This document shows, piece by piece, positions 15,911-25,259 of a DNA stretch of 32,000 nucleotides; the stretch's first letter is position 1; every line of letters starts with the position of its first letter. The notes under the pieces were generated by a model. That model saw only the letters and a list, made by a program, of their open reading frames with translations. It had not been told where the DNA came from and searched no databases. The position numbers and the translations under genes are program-made. Source of the stretch: Thermosulfurimonas dismutans (lineage in GTDB: Bacteria > Desulfobacterota > Thermodesulfobacteria > Thermodesulfobacteriales > Thermodesulfobacteriaceae); contig NZ_LWLG01000002.1 in assembly GCF_001652585.1 (NCBI RefSeq), positions 180,001 through 212,000 on the forward strand. Direction: 5' to 3'.

Positions 15911-17826
15911 CGACGCACGCCTTTTCTCAACACCCGTTTGTCTCCTATGCGGATAGTAACCTTTTCCCTATCAAGGTACTCTAGAAGAGGTATAAGATAT
16001 TTACGGGAAGCTCCACCAGTGAGCTTCCGGAAATCTCCCACGGAAAGTTCTTGATGGCGCTCAAGAAAATCTATCACCAGCTTTTTGGCTTCTTCGAGAA
16101 CGCGGCGGTGGAAATAAAGCTTTTCGGCAAGCCTTACCAAGACTCCTTCCTGGACCAGGAGTTCGAACATATCCAAGGCCAGTTTCGGCTTGGCCCGGAA
16201 ACGTGAAAGGGCTTCATCCGGATCAGGAGGGGTGAAGCGAGCCTTGAGAAATATCCTCTCAATATCGCCTTTTAAGGCCTCCGCCTCTTCCGGAAGGACC
16301 GGTTGATGGCTAGCCAGTCTTAAATATTCCCTTTCCGCAACTAGTTTCCCCTCGGAAATCAATGCTTCTAAGGCCCGCTCAAAAGTCCTTTGGTGAGCCC
16401 GGGTCGAGACCCTCGCCCTAAGTTCTTCCTTGGCCAATCCGGGCTTCAGGGGAAACTTCTCATGAAACTTACGCAGAGCTTCTTGAATCTCGGCCTTAAA
16501 ATCCTCAAAGACTGCTCTGGAGAGAATAAGCTCCTCATCTTCTTCCGGTATCCGAACCACCTCATCGGACATCTCTTTAAGGAGTTCTTCCCAGGCTTTA
16601 CCGAAAAGTGATACTCGCAGTTTCAAATCCGAGGCCTTGAGCCCGGCCTCTCCGGCCTTCTCTAAGTGATACCGTAAGATTTCTTTAGGGTCTTCTTCAA
16701 GAAGACGAAGCAGTTCCTCTCGTTCCCAAGGTTTGGTGCGTTTTCGCCGGTGGGCTACGGGATTTAGAACCCGGCCGCCACCAAGGGTGACCAAGGGACT
16801 CCCTCCTCGGATCACAAAGCGATCTCCCCTCAAGCAGACCACAGGCTCAGAAAGCCTTATCTGAGCAATATCTTTCTCGCCGACTTCTAACCGGTCTTTT
16901 CCGAAGAGGACGATCTCTCCAATGACCTCCGAAGTTCCGATATGGAAGTGTACCTTTTCAAGATTCTTGAGCGCACGGGGAGCACTTTTGAGATAAATGA
17001 GTTCTAGATCAAGAATCCGGGAAGGTTTCAAAACTCCCTGTTCGGCCACTACATCTCCGCGGGAGAGGGCTTCCCTTTCAAGTCCCTGAAGATTTAGGGC
17101 AGTACGCATACCTGCCAGGGCTTCCTCCCGATCTTCCCCGTGAACCTGAATGCGCCTTACTCGGGTGGAAAGCCCCTGGGGATAAACCAGGACTTCATCC
17201 CCAACCTTGACCTTGCCAGAAAGGGTGGTTCCGGTGACTACGGTTCCAAAGCCTTTAACAATGAACACCCTATCCACAGGCAATCTAAAAGGACCTTCGG
17301 TCGACCGGTCCGGAATCTTAGAGACCAGCTCGTCCAAAGTCTTAAGAAGCTCTGAAAGGCCCTCCCCACTTACCGCCGAGACCGCTACTAAGGGAGCATC
17401 TTCAAGAAAAGTTCCACGTAAGGCTTCCCGCACGTCCTCTTTAACCAGCTCCAACCACTCCTCGTCCACCAGATCCCTTTTGGTTAGAACCACCAGACCA
17501 GTTTTCACGCCCAAGAGTTCGCAGATCTCGAGATGTTCACGGGTCTGGGGCATAACCCCCTCGTCGGCGGCAATTACCAGGGCTACTAAATCTACCCCTG
17601 CGGCTCCGGCTACCATGTTCCTCACGAACCTTTCGTGTCCAGGCACATCTACAATGCCAACCCGGTTGCCAGAAGGAAGATCAAGATGAGCAAAACCGAG
17701 CTCAATGGTGATACCGCGTTCCTTTTCCTCCTTTAGGCGATCGGTATCTATGCCCGTTAGGGCTTTGACTAACGTAGTTTTTCCGTGATCAATGTGTCCA
17801 GCAGTTCCCAGAATAACTCGCTTCAT
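15907..17826 (-). CDS. selB: Selenocysteine-specific translation elongation factor
   Basis: GTPase N-terminus [55 protein letters not shown] long C-terminal extension ends ...[29 protein letters not shown], typical of the SelB winged-helix SECIS-binding domains. Confidence 0.9.
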   Translation of the reverse strand: MKRVILGTAGHIDHGKTTLVKALTGIDTDRLKEEKERGITIELGFAHLDLPSGNRVGIVDVPGHERFVRNMVAGAAGVDLVALVIAADEGVMPQTREHLEICELLGVKTGLVVLTKRDLVDEEWLELVKEDVREALRGTFLEDAPLVAVSAVSGEGLSELLKTLDELVSKIPDRSTEGPFRLPVDRVFIVKGFGTVVTGTTLSGKVKVGDEVLVYPQGLSTRVRRIQVHGEDREEALAGMRTALNLQGLEREALSRGDVVAEQGVLKPSRILDLELIYLKSAPRALKNLEKVHFHIGTSEVIGEIVLFGKDRLEVGEKDIAQIRLSEPVVCLRGDRFVIRGGSPLVTLGGGRVLNPVAHRRKRTKPWEREELLRLLEEDPKEILRYHLEKAGEAGLKASDLKLRVSLFGKAWEELLKEMSDEVVRIPEEDEELILSRAVFEDFKAEIQEALRKFHEKFPLKPGLAKEELRARVSTRAHQRTFERALEALISEGKLVAEREYLRLASHQPVLPEEAEALKGDIERIFLKARFTPPDPDEALSRFRAKPKLALDMFELLVQEGVLVRLAEKLYFHRRVLEEAKKLVIDFLERHQELSVGDFRKLTGGASRKYLIPLLEYLDREKVTIRIGDKRVLRKGVRR

Positions 17827-18620
17827 GATGGGGCATCCTCGGCTTTGACTAAATTCACCTTCCGGCCAAGAAATATACGGGCTATACGGCTGAAAGCCGG
17901 AGTTAGATCGGATACCAAAATAAGAGGTTCGCCGTCTTTTTCAAGCTCTCGGGAAAGTTCGGGATAGTTATCAAGATAAACCTTTACTTCTTCGGCCAAC
18001 TCCTCGGCAGGATCCACTAGGGTTACCCGCTTCCCGGCCTTAGCTTGGATAACCTTCTTTAGGACCGGATAATGGGTGCATCCCAAGATCAGGGTATCCA
18101 TGCCCCGCATCTTCAAGGGCAAAAGACATTTCTTTACAATCATGCGAGTTTCCGGCTTCTTTAACCAACCCTCTTCAACCAGGGGAACCAAAAGGGGACA
18201 GGCATTTCCGTAAACCTTAACTTCTGGATCCCTATCTTTAATGAGCCTTTGGTATATTCCGCTTCCGATAGTGGCCCGGGTCCCGATCACGCCGATGACC
18301 TTTTTACGGGTAACCCTAAGGGCCTTGCTTACCGAAGGGGTGACCACTTCGAAGATAGGGATATCAGGAAACCGCTCCTTTAAGGCCTCGGTAGCCACAG
18401 AGGAAGCCGAATGGCAAGCCACTACGATAACTCGAGCCCCTCGTTTCAAGAGATATTCGGTGTCCTCAATGGCATAGCGAATGATGGTTTCCGGACTTTT
18501 AGTGCCATAAGGAGTACGGGCCGTATCTCCGAAGTAGACCATACGATAGCCAGGAAGCCGCCTTACTAGCTCCCTTAAAACCGTAAGTCCACCTATGCCG
18601 GAATCGAAGACCCCAATCAA
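17823..18620 (-). CDS. murI: Glutamate racemase
   Basis: IGVFDSGIGGLTVL, VVACHSAS and LGCTHYP motifs. Apparent TTG start, with no Met alternative. ATGA overlap with selB. Confidence 0.9.
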   Translation of the reverse strand: MIGVFDSGIGGLTVLRELVRRLPGYRMVYFGDTARTPYGTKSPETIIRYAIEDTEYLLKRGARVIVVACHSASSVATEALKERFPDIPIFEVVTPSVSKALRVTRKKVIGVIGTRATIGSGIYQRLIKDRDPEVKVYGNACPLLVPLVEEGWLKKPETRMIVKKCLLPLKMRGMDTLILGCTHYPVLKKVIQAKAGKRVTLVDPAEELAEEVKVYLDNYPELSRELEKDGEPLILVSDLTPAFSRIARIFLGRKVNLVKAEDAPS

Positions 18621-19171
18621 AGGGAAACCCTTACCTCACCGCGGGTAAGTTGAAGGAGCCGCAACCTCATTTGACATTCCGGGCACAAATGAGAACTCTT
18701 CACATCTATCTCCATAAGAGACGAGGGCTGATACATCACACAATGGACATTTTTACAGGGGGGAAGCCCCAAGAGATGTCCCAAGGCCCGAATGGCTTCC
18801 TTTCTCAGTCTTTCCGTGAACAAAGTTTCGGGATCAGGACCGAAAAGGAATTCCCGCATACTTTGGGCTGAAAGCAAGGCCGTACGAGAAGAAAGATTGA
18901 TCTCGGAAAAGACTTGGATTCTTCTCGGAGAATAAAGTTCCTCCCCGCAGACTCCAAGCACAAAATCCACTTCTCTAGACAGCGATCGCAAAAACTCAGC
19001 TAGATAGGGCCCGAAAAATTTTTTAAGTCGAGGATGGAAAGCCGCCGGAGGAGGAGGCACGGGATTAGTAAGTTCTACCTGGGCCTTCCAGAAATCGGAA
19101 AGTTCTTGAAGAAACCTCTCAAGCCAAGGCCCAAAAACCCGTCCTATGGGTACCACCAGAATACGACGCAT
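18617..19171 (-). CDS. Archaemetzincin-like protein with a degenerate active site
   Basis: The C-terminal pattern GHLLGLPPCKNVHCVMYQPSSLMEIDVKSSHLCPEC fits the archaemetzincin signature HExxHxxGx3Cx4CxMx17CxxC, but HExxH reads RALGH. The track start is TTG 19192. ATG 19171 (MRRILVVPIG) with a GGAGAG SD is more likely. Confidence 0.65.
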   Translation of the reverse strand: MRRILVVPIGRVFGPWLERFLQELSDFWKAQVELTNPVPPPPAAFHPRLKKFFGPYLAEFLRSLSREVDFVLGVCGEELYSPRRIQVFSEINLSSRTALLSAQSMREFLFGPDPETLFTERLRKEAIRALGHLLGLPPCKNVHCVMYQPSSLMEIDVKSSHLCPECQMRLRLLQLTRGEVRVSL

Positions 19172-19202
19172 GAAATTTCTCTCCAAAACCAATTCTCAAA
19201 TA

Positions 19203-19922
19203 TTATACCAGAAGGATGAGGAAAAGAAGTTCTGAAACCTCACACAAAGCCCCCAGGAGATCACCGGTAAGCCCTCCGAACTTGTGTCTGAAATAAGAGA
19301 CCATCATTAAAAGTCCCGCCGAAACCAATACTACCTTCAGGGCATAAAACCAAAAAAGGAAGAAAAAGAGAACTACAAAAGCCGGCATAGCTCTGTTTTT
19401 GGCCTGGTGTGAAAGGAAGATCTGACCCAGGCCTTCGGATTTAGCCGGTCTTCCGAAAACCATTCCAGCCAGAAGCCCCAATCGCCCGAAAAGGGGTTTA
19501 AAAAAGAGCACCTCGGACATACCATAGGCAATGATCTTCTTCAACAAAAGGTATTCCCCCAAAAGGAAGAAGAATCCAAAAAGAAAACCTAGGGCCCCAA
19601 TTTCCGGGGTTTTCAAGATTTCAAGACGTCTTTTACGGTCAGCTCCGGCAGAGAGCGCGTCTAAGGTATCCATCAGGCCATCGAAATGAAAATAATTGGC
19701 CAGAAAATACTGAGCAAAGAGGAGAACTAGGGCCCTCATTTCCGGCGAAAGATGAGGCCTAGTCCAGTTTTCCAAAATATAGAGAATACCCCCAAGGAAG
19801 GCCCCCACCAGGGGAAGATAAGTGAGGGAGGCTTCTGGACGAAAAACTCCTTCCTTTACCGGAAATCGGGTAAAAAAAGCGAACGCTGTCTTTAAGGCCG
19901 CAAATTCTTCTTTCAATTTCAT
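19203..19922 (-). CDS. cobS: Adenosylcobinamide-GDP ribazoletransferase (cobalamin synthase)
   Basis: Polytopic membrane protein with FFTRFPV and GGLTGDLLGA motifs typical of CobS/CobV. The track start is TTG 19940. ATG 19922 (MKLKEEF...) is more plausible. Confidence 0.85.
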   Translation of the reverse strand: MKLKEEFAALKTAFAFFTRFPVKEGVFRPEASLTYLPLVGAFLGGILYILENWTRPHLSPEMRALVLLFAQYFLANYFHFDGLMDTLDALSAGADRKRRLEILKTPEIGALGFLFGFFFLLGEYLLLKKIIAYGMSEVLFFKPLFGRLGLLAGMVFGRPAKSEGLGQIFLSHQAKNRAMPAFVVLFFFLFWFYALKVVLVSAGLLMMVSYFRHKFGGLTGDLLGALCEVSELLFLILLV

Positions 19923-20031
19923 TGGGGGCTTCGCCCCCAAACCTTCAGCAGTTTCTTCACTTCTACTTCCTCTCCCTGCCGCCGGCTACTCTTTCGGCTC
20001 CAACGCCAGAGTTGAACAGATTTTGTCTCGT

Positions 20032-21078
20032 TCAACTCTGCTCAAATTCCTTACCGCGAGCCACCCCCGCTCCATCGAAGGTGGCCATTTCCCGATAGAT
20101 CCTCAAGGCCGTTTCAATAATCATACTAGCCAGAGCCGCTCCGGTGCCCTCTCCAAGACGCATTTCAAGATCTACAATGGGTCGAAGCTTGAGCTTTTCG
20201 AGGATCACGCGGGCCCCATTTTCCGCCGAGACGTGGCCGCAAAAGATATAGTTTTCAAGCCCCGGAGCTAGAGCCCTAGCCGTAAGAAAACCGGCCAGGG
20301 AAATGAAACCGTCCACGACTACCGGAACCCTATGCCTAGCTCCCCCGAGGAAGAGCCCTGTAATGGCTCCGATCTCAGCCCCTCCAAAGGCCGCCAAGGC
20401 TTCCACAGGGTCCTTGGGCTGGTGAAGAGTAAGAGCCTGCCTCACCACCTCGATCTTGTGTGCCAGACCCTCGTCATCCACCCCAGTACCCCGTCCGACG
20501 ATCTTTTCCGGGGCCTCCCTCAGGAAATGACAGATGAGACAGGCCGAAGGCGTAGTGTTTCCGATCCCCATATCCCCAGGAATAAGAAGTTTTACCCCTT
20601 CTTTGGCAGCTTCCTCGGCCAGCTCCATCCCCACCCGGATGGCCTTTTCGGCTTCCTCACGGCTCATAGCGGGTTCTTTAGCCAAATTCCTGGTCCCATA
20701 ACAGATCTTACGTCGAATAAGACCTTCCGCCTCCACCTCACCAGCCACGCCCACATCCACCACGAAGACCTCGGCCCCGGCCTGCCGAGCAATAACATTG
20801 ATACCGGCCCCTCCGGAAAGGAAATTATAGATCATCTGTCGGGTAACTTCCTGGGGATAGGTACTCACGCCCTCTTCCACTACACCATGGTCACCGGCAA
20901 AGACGTAAACCCTCTTTTTCAAGGGCAAATCGGGCTCGTGATCCTCGGTAATAAGGACGTAGCGTCTTGCGATTTCTTCAAGATACCCCAAGCTTCCCTT
21001 GGGTTTGGTAAGATTGTCTAGATGCCGAGACGCCCTTTCATAATGGCTCCAATCAAGCTCCGGCAACCGGATTTCCAT
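20032..21078 (-). CDS. cobT: Nicotinate-nucleotide--dimethylbenzimidazole phosphoribosyltransferase
   Basis: LDNLTKPKGSLGYLEE, VFAGDHGV, IPGDMGIGNTT and EMRLGEGTGAA motifs. GGAGG SD upstream of ATG 21078. Confidence 0.9.
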   Translation of the reverse strand: MEIRLPELDWSHYERASRHLDNLTKPKGSLGYLEEIARRYVLITEDHEPDLPLKKRVYVFAGDHGVVEEGVSTYPQEVTRQMIYNFLSGGAGINVIARQAGAEVFVVDVGVAGEVEAEGLIRRKICYGTRNLAKEPAMSREEAEKAIRVGMELAEEAAKEGVKLLIPGDMGIGNTTPSACLICHFLREAPEKIVGRGTGVDDEGLAHKIEVVRQALTLHQPKDPVEALAAFGGAEIGAITGLFLGGARHRVPVVVDGFISLAGFLTARALAPGLENYIFCGHVSAENGARVILEKLKLRPIVDLEMRLGEGTGAALASMIIETALRIYREMATFDGAGVARGKEFEQS

Positions 21079-21989
21079 AACCAGACCTCCGCAACCAAAA
21101 AGATTAAAAGCGCAATAACGGCCGAAAGCTTAATTAACTTCGTGGCTAACTTTATGTCCCCTTTTTCGATCTCACGCAAGGGGGTTCCTAGATAGGGGCG
21201 GGATTCAATCCTACCATGATAAGGGGTTGGGCCTCCCAGAGCCACTCCCAAGGCTCCAGCCAGCGCGGCCTCCGGCCAGCCGGCGTTTGGAGAGGCGTGT
21301 TTGTGGGCCTCGGTCAAAGCGGTTTTTAAAGCCCGTCTTCCAGAAAGTCTGCAAAAGGGAGCGGCCAAAGCGATAAAAAAAGCCGCAAGCCTTGCCGGAA
21401 GGAAATTCAAAAGATCGTCGGTTCGGGCTGGAAAGAATCCAAAACGCCGAAAGGGCTCGTGGCGGTATCCGAACATGGAATCCAGGGTCTCGGCCACCTT
21501 GTAAAAAGCCACTCCCGGAAGGCCGGCCACCACGTACCAGAAAAGCGGTCCGCAGAAGGCATCGTTAAAGTTCTCGGAAAGGGTCTCGAGGAGACCGCGG
21601 ACTAGACCTTTCTCGTCAAGCCTTTCCGTATCCCTTGAAACCAGATAGGAAAGCCGTTTCCTAGCCGAACGGAGATCCCCTTCTCTCAAGGGTTTGTAAA
21701 CCGCAAGCACTTCTCGAAGAAGGCTCCTCAGGGCCACAAAGTAAAAGAGCCAGACCACCTCAAGGACAGGAAACAACCAAGTTGAGCCGATAACCAGGGT
21801 CTCGAAAAGGACCGCCGTGAGGGCTAGGGTTAAAAAACCTCCGGTTAGGCCGAAACGGCCGAATAGGCCGTAGCACCATTCACCGAGTTTCCCTATGAGC
21901 CTTACCGGATGTCCAAAAGCGGGATCGCCTATCAGGGCATCGAGCCCCAGGGCCGCCAGAAGCACCAAAGGGGGAGGCAAAACCTTCAC
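21018..21989 (-). CDS. cbiB: Adenosylcobinamide-phosphate synthase (CbiB/CobD)
   Basis: Membrane protein with DALIGDPAFGHPVRLIG, SENFNDAFCGPLFWY and SPNAGWPEAALAGALGV blocks typical of CbiB. The GTG start directly abuts the carB TGA. Confidence 0.85.
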   Translation of the reverse strand: MKVLPPPLVLLAALGLDALIGDPAFGHPVRLIGKLGEWCYGLFGRFGLTGGFLTLALTAVLFETLVIGSTWLFPVLEVVWLFYFVALRSLLREVLAVYKPLREGDLRSARKRLSYLVSRDTERLDEKGLVRGLLETLSENFNDAFCGPLFWYVVAGLPGVAFYKVAETLDSMFGYRHEPFRRFGFFPARTDDLLNFLPARLAAFFIALAAPFCRLSGRRALKTALTEAHKHASPNAGWPEAALAGALGVALGGPTPYHGRIESRPYLGTPLREIEKGDIKLATKLIKLSAVIALLIFLVAEVWLWKSGCRSLIGAIMKGRLGI

Positions 21990-24900
21990 TCACAAAAGAC
22001 CCCGCTTGAGATAATAGCTCTCTGGGATCTCCCGATAGTAGTCCTGAAGGGGCCTTACCCGGAAATCGGCCTCATGAAGACGGCTTATGGCGCAGGCCAT
22101 GGCCCTGGCCCCGGAGATAGTAGTGGCGTACGGGATGTCGAGTTCCATAGCAAAACGCCGAATGAGATAGGCGTCCTCCCGACTGACCTTACCTTCGGCG
22201 GTGTTTATGACCAGGTGAATTTCCCCATTTTTGAGAAGGTCCACGGCGTTAGGTCTTAATCCCTCCGATATTTTGGGAACCACCCTAGCCGAAAGACCAC
22301 AGTTTTTGAGGTACTCGGCCGTACCCCGAGTGGCCAAAATCTCGAAACCGCACTCCAAGAGCGTCTTCGCCACTGGCACCACCTTGTCCTTGTCTCTGTC
22401 TCGCACGGAAATAAAGACCCGTCCCGAGGTAGGAAGTCGCATCCCGGCCGCAAACTGAGCCTTGGCATAGGCCAAGGGCAAATCCTGATCTATACCCATA
22501 ACCTCGCCAGTGGACTTCATTTCCGGGCCCAGCATCACGTCCACCCCCGGAAAGCGCCTAAAGGGAAACACCGCTTCCTTAACCGATATATGTTTCGGTT
22601 CAATCTCCTTGGTAAATCCCAAACTCTTCAGGCTTTCCCCGAGCATCACCCAGGTGGCCAGTCTCGCAAGCGGCACGCCAATGGCCTTGGAGACGAAAGG
22701 CACGGTTCGTGAGGCCCGGGGGTTGACCTCAAGCACATAAAGTTCTCCATCCTTGATAGCGTACTGCACGTTCATGAGCCCTATAACATTGAGCTCACGA
22801 GCCAGGGCCCGGGTGGCCTCCTTGATTTCTTCTACCAAGGGCCGAGGAATGCTCACCGCCGGTAGCACACAGGCCGAATCTCCGGAATGGACACCCGCTT
22901 CTTCAATATGTTCCATCACTCCACCGATGACCGTTATTTCACCGTCCGAAATGGCGTCCACATCCACTTCCGTAGCATCTTCCAAGAACTTATCAATAAG
23001 GACGGGATGCTCGGGATTGATCTGGGCGGCCGTGGCCATAAACCGCACCAATTCCTCTTCGGAGTAAACGATCTGCATGGCCCGTCCACCGAGCACGTAA
23101 GAGGGCCGTACTAGAACCGGATAGCCTATCTCGGAAGCCACCTCCAGGGCCTCCTCCACGGTAAAGGCCGTCCCTGCAGGAGGTTTCTTGAGCCCGAGCT
23201 TGTCTAGGAGCTCCACAAACCTTTCTCGATCCTCAGCCCGGTCGATACTCTCGGGAGAGGTACCGAGGATCCTCACACCAGCCTTGGCCAACGGCACCGC
23301 AAGATTGAGCGGGGTCTGCCCCCCAAACTGGACGATCACACCTTCAGGAGCCTCTTCCTCGTAAATGTTCAGCACGTCTTCCAAAGTCAGGGGCTCGAAG
23401 TAAAGACGATCCGAGGTGTCGTAGTCCGTGGAGACGGTCTCGGGGTTGGAGTTCACCATAATGGACTCTATACCCCGTTCGCGCAGGGCAAAGGAGGCGT
23501 GTACGCAACAGTAGTCAAACTCTATGCCCTGACCGATACGGTTCGGGCCACCTCCGAGAATCATAACCTTGCGGTTGCGTGAGACCCGAGCTTCGTCCTC
23601 TACTTCGTAAGTGGAATAGTAATAGGGAGTATAGGCCTCGAATTCGGCGGCACAGGTATCGACCAACTTGTAGACCGCCCGGAGGCCGAGTTCCTTACGA
23701 CGCCGGCGGACATCTTCTTCTGAGGAACCGGTGAGAAAGGCGATCTGGCGGTCAGAAAAACCCGCCTGTTTGAGCTCCAGCAAGTCCTCTTTAGAAAGTT
23801 CCTCGAGCCTTCGCCCCCGAACTCCGTCTTCAATCTTAAGCAGATCCGCCAGCTGATAGAGAAACCAGCGGTCGATTTTGGTAAGCTCATAGACCTCGTC
23901 CACGGAAAATCCAGCCCGCAGAGCCTCCCGCAGGAAAAAGATCCGCTGACTGTTCGGCCGGGCCAGTTTCTCCACGATGAGTTCCCTGGGAAGCACCTCC
24001 CCCCGGTCCGAAGGGCTTTTGCCATCGGCCCCGAAGCCGAAGCGTCCAATTTCAAGGCCTCGCAGGGCCTTCTGCAAGGCCTCCTTGAAGGTGCGTCCGA
24101 TCGCCATGGTCTCGCCCACCGAGCGCATGGAAGTGGTGATCTCGTCCTTGGTCTCCGGAAACTTTTCAAAGGTAAAACGCGGACATTTCACCACCACGTA
24201 GTCAATGGTAGGCTCGAAGGCGGCCTTGGTCTCCCTGGTGATATCGTTCGGAAGCTCATCCAAGGTATAACCTACAGCCAACTTGGCCGCCATCTTGGCA
24301 ATGGGAAACCCGGTGGCCTTGGAAGCCAAAGCCGAAGAGCGAGATACCCGGGGATTCATCTCTATGACCACCATCTCTCCGGTTTCGGGGTGGATAGCGA
24401 ACTGGATGTTTGAGCCCCCGGTCTCCACCCCGATCTCACGTATGACAGCGATGGCTGCATCTCGCATCCGCTGGTATTCCCGGTCGGTAAGGGTCTGGGC
24501 CGGGGCCACGGTAATGGAATCCCCGGTATGGACACCCATAGGATCGAAGTTCTCGATAGAACAAATGATAACTACGCTATCCTTGGCGTCCCGCATGACC
24601 TCAAGCTCAAACTCCTTCCAGCCCAGGACCGACTCCTCAAGCATCACCTGGTGGATGAGGGATAGCTCAAGACCCTGTTCCACGATCTCGCGAAGTTCCT
24701 CTATGTTGTAAGCCACTCCTCCGCCGGTCCCACCTAGGGTAAAACTGGGACGTACGATGATGGGGAAACCGATGCGCCTAGCCGCGGCCTCGGCCTCGGA
24801 AAGGTTCCTTACGATTTCGCTGTTTGGAACCCTGAGGCCGATATTCCGCATGGCCTCGCGGAAAAGTTCCCGATCCTCCGCCTTGGCGATGACCTCGGCC

Positions 24901-25256
24901 TTGGCCCCGAGCAACTCCACCCCATAGCGCTCAAGCACTCCCCGGCGGGCAAGTTCGAAGGCCAGATTCAGACCTGTTTGCCCTCCAAGGGTGGGAAGCA
25001 AGGCATCCGGACGCTCTTCCTTGATTATCTCGGTAAGTATCTCCGGCGTTAGAGGTTCGATATAGGTCCGGTGAGCCATTTCGGGGTCGGTCATGATGGT
25101 GGCGGGGTTGGAGTTCACTAGGATGACCTCGTAGCCTTCCTCCTTCAGGGCCTTAACGGCCTGAGTTCCCGAATAGTCAAACTCACAGGCCTGCCCTATC
25201 ACGATGGGACCGGAACCGATAATAAGGATCTTTTTGATATCCGTTCTCTTAGGCAT
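21990..25256 (-). CDS. carB: Carbamoyl-phosphate synthase large subunit
   Basis: 1088 aa. [33 protein letters not shown], duplicated ATP-grasp halves and a C-terminal MGS-like domain. Confidence 0.95.
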   Translation of the reverse strand: MPKRTDIKKILIIGSGPIVIGQACEFDYSGTQAVKALKEEGYEVILVNSNPATIMTDPEMAHRTYIEPLTPEILTEIIKEERPDALLPTLGGQTGLNLAFELARRGVLERYGVELLGAKAEVIAKAEDRELFREAMRNIGLRVPNSEIVRNLSEAEAAARRIGFPIIVRPSFTLGGTGGGVAYNIEELREIVEQGLELSLIHQVMLEESVLGWKEFELEVMRDAKDSVVIICSIENFDPMGVHTGDSITVAPAQTLTDREYQRMRDAAIAVIREIGVETGGSNIQFAIHPETGEMVVIEMNPRVSRSSALASKATGFPIAKMAAKLAVGYTLDELPNDITRETKAAFEPTIDYVVVKCPRFTFEKFPETKDEITTSMRSVGETMAIGRTFKEALQKALRGLEIGRFGFGADGKSPSDRGEVLPRELIVEKLARPNSQRIFFLREALRAGFSVDEVYELTKIDRWFLYQLADLLKIEDGVRGRRLEELSKEDLLELKQAGFSDRQIAFLTGSSEEDVRRRRKELGLRAVYKLVDTCAAEFEAYTPYYYSTYEVEDEARVSRNRKVMILGGGPNRIGQGIEFDYCCVHASFALRERGIESIMVNSNPETVSTDYDTSDRLYFEPLTLEDVLNIYEEEAPEGVIVQFGGQTPLNLAVPLAKAGVRILGTSPESIDRAEDRERFVELLDKLGLKKPPAGTAFTVEEALEVASEIGYPVLVRPSYVLGGRAMQIVYSEEELVRFMATAAQINPEHPVLIDKFLEDATEVDVDAISDGEITVIGGVMEHIEEAGVHSGDSACVLPAVSIPRPLVEEIKEATRALARELNVIGLMNVQYAIKDGELYVLEVNPRASRTVPFVSKAIGVPLARLATWVMLGESLKSLGFTKEIEPKHISVKEAVFPFRRFPGVDVMLGPEMKSTGEVMGIDQDLPLAYAKAQFAAGMRLPTSGRVFISVRDRDKDKVVPVAKTLLECGFEILATRGTAEYLKNCGLSARVVPKISEGLRPNAVDLLKNGEIHLVINTAEGKVSREDAYLIRRFAMELDIPYATTISGARAMACAISRLHEADFRVRPLQDYYREIPESYYLKRGLL

Positions 25257-25259
25257 AGG

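Noticed and set aside
19941-20031. Possible cobalamin riboswitch or tRNA-Sec in the cobT-cobS gap
   Set aside because: The gap is far shorter than a B12 riboswitch (about 200 nt), and I find no B12-box-like sequence. No cloverleaf with acceptor stem pairing could be drawn, and there is no UCA anticodon loop context.
20332-21021. 229-aa plus-strand ORF. Also 28216-28755 (+), 23600-24169 (-, alternative frame of carB) and 17207-17689 (+)
   Set aside because: Each is fully contained within a confidently identified gene (cobT, the SBP-like gene, carB, selB), on the opposite strand or in another frame. Their Ser/Arg/Pro-rich composition is typical of out-of-frame translation.
21018-21078. The 61-nt cbiB/cobT overlap as a sign of a frameshift or mis-assembly
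   Set aside because: cobT has a good GGAGG SD and a native-looking N-terminus up to the KPKGSLG motif. The cbiB length (323 aa) is normal, ending after its last hydrophobic helix. The overlap is unusual but is consistent with the compact gene packing seen throughout the window.
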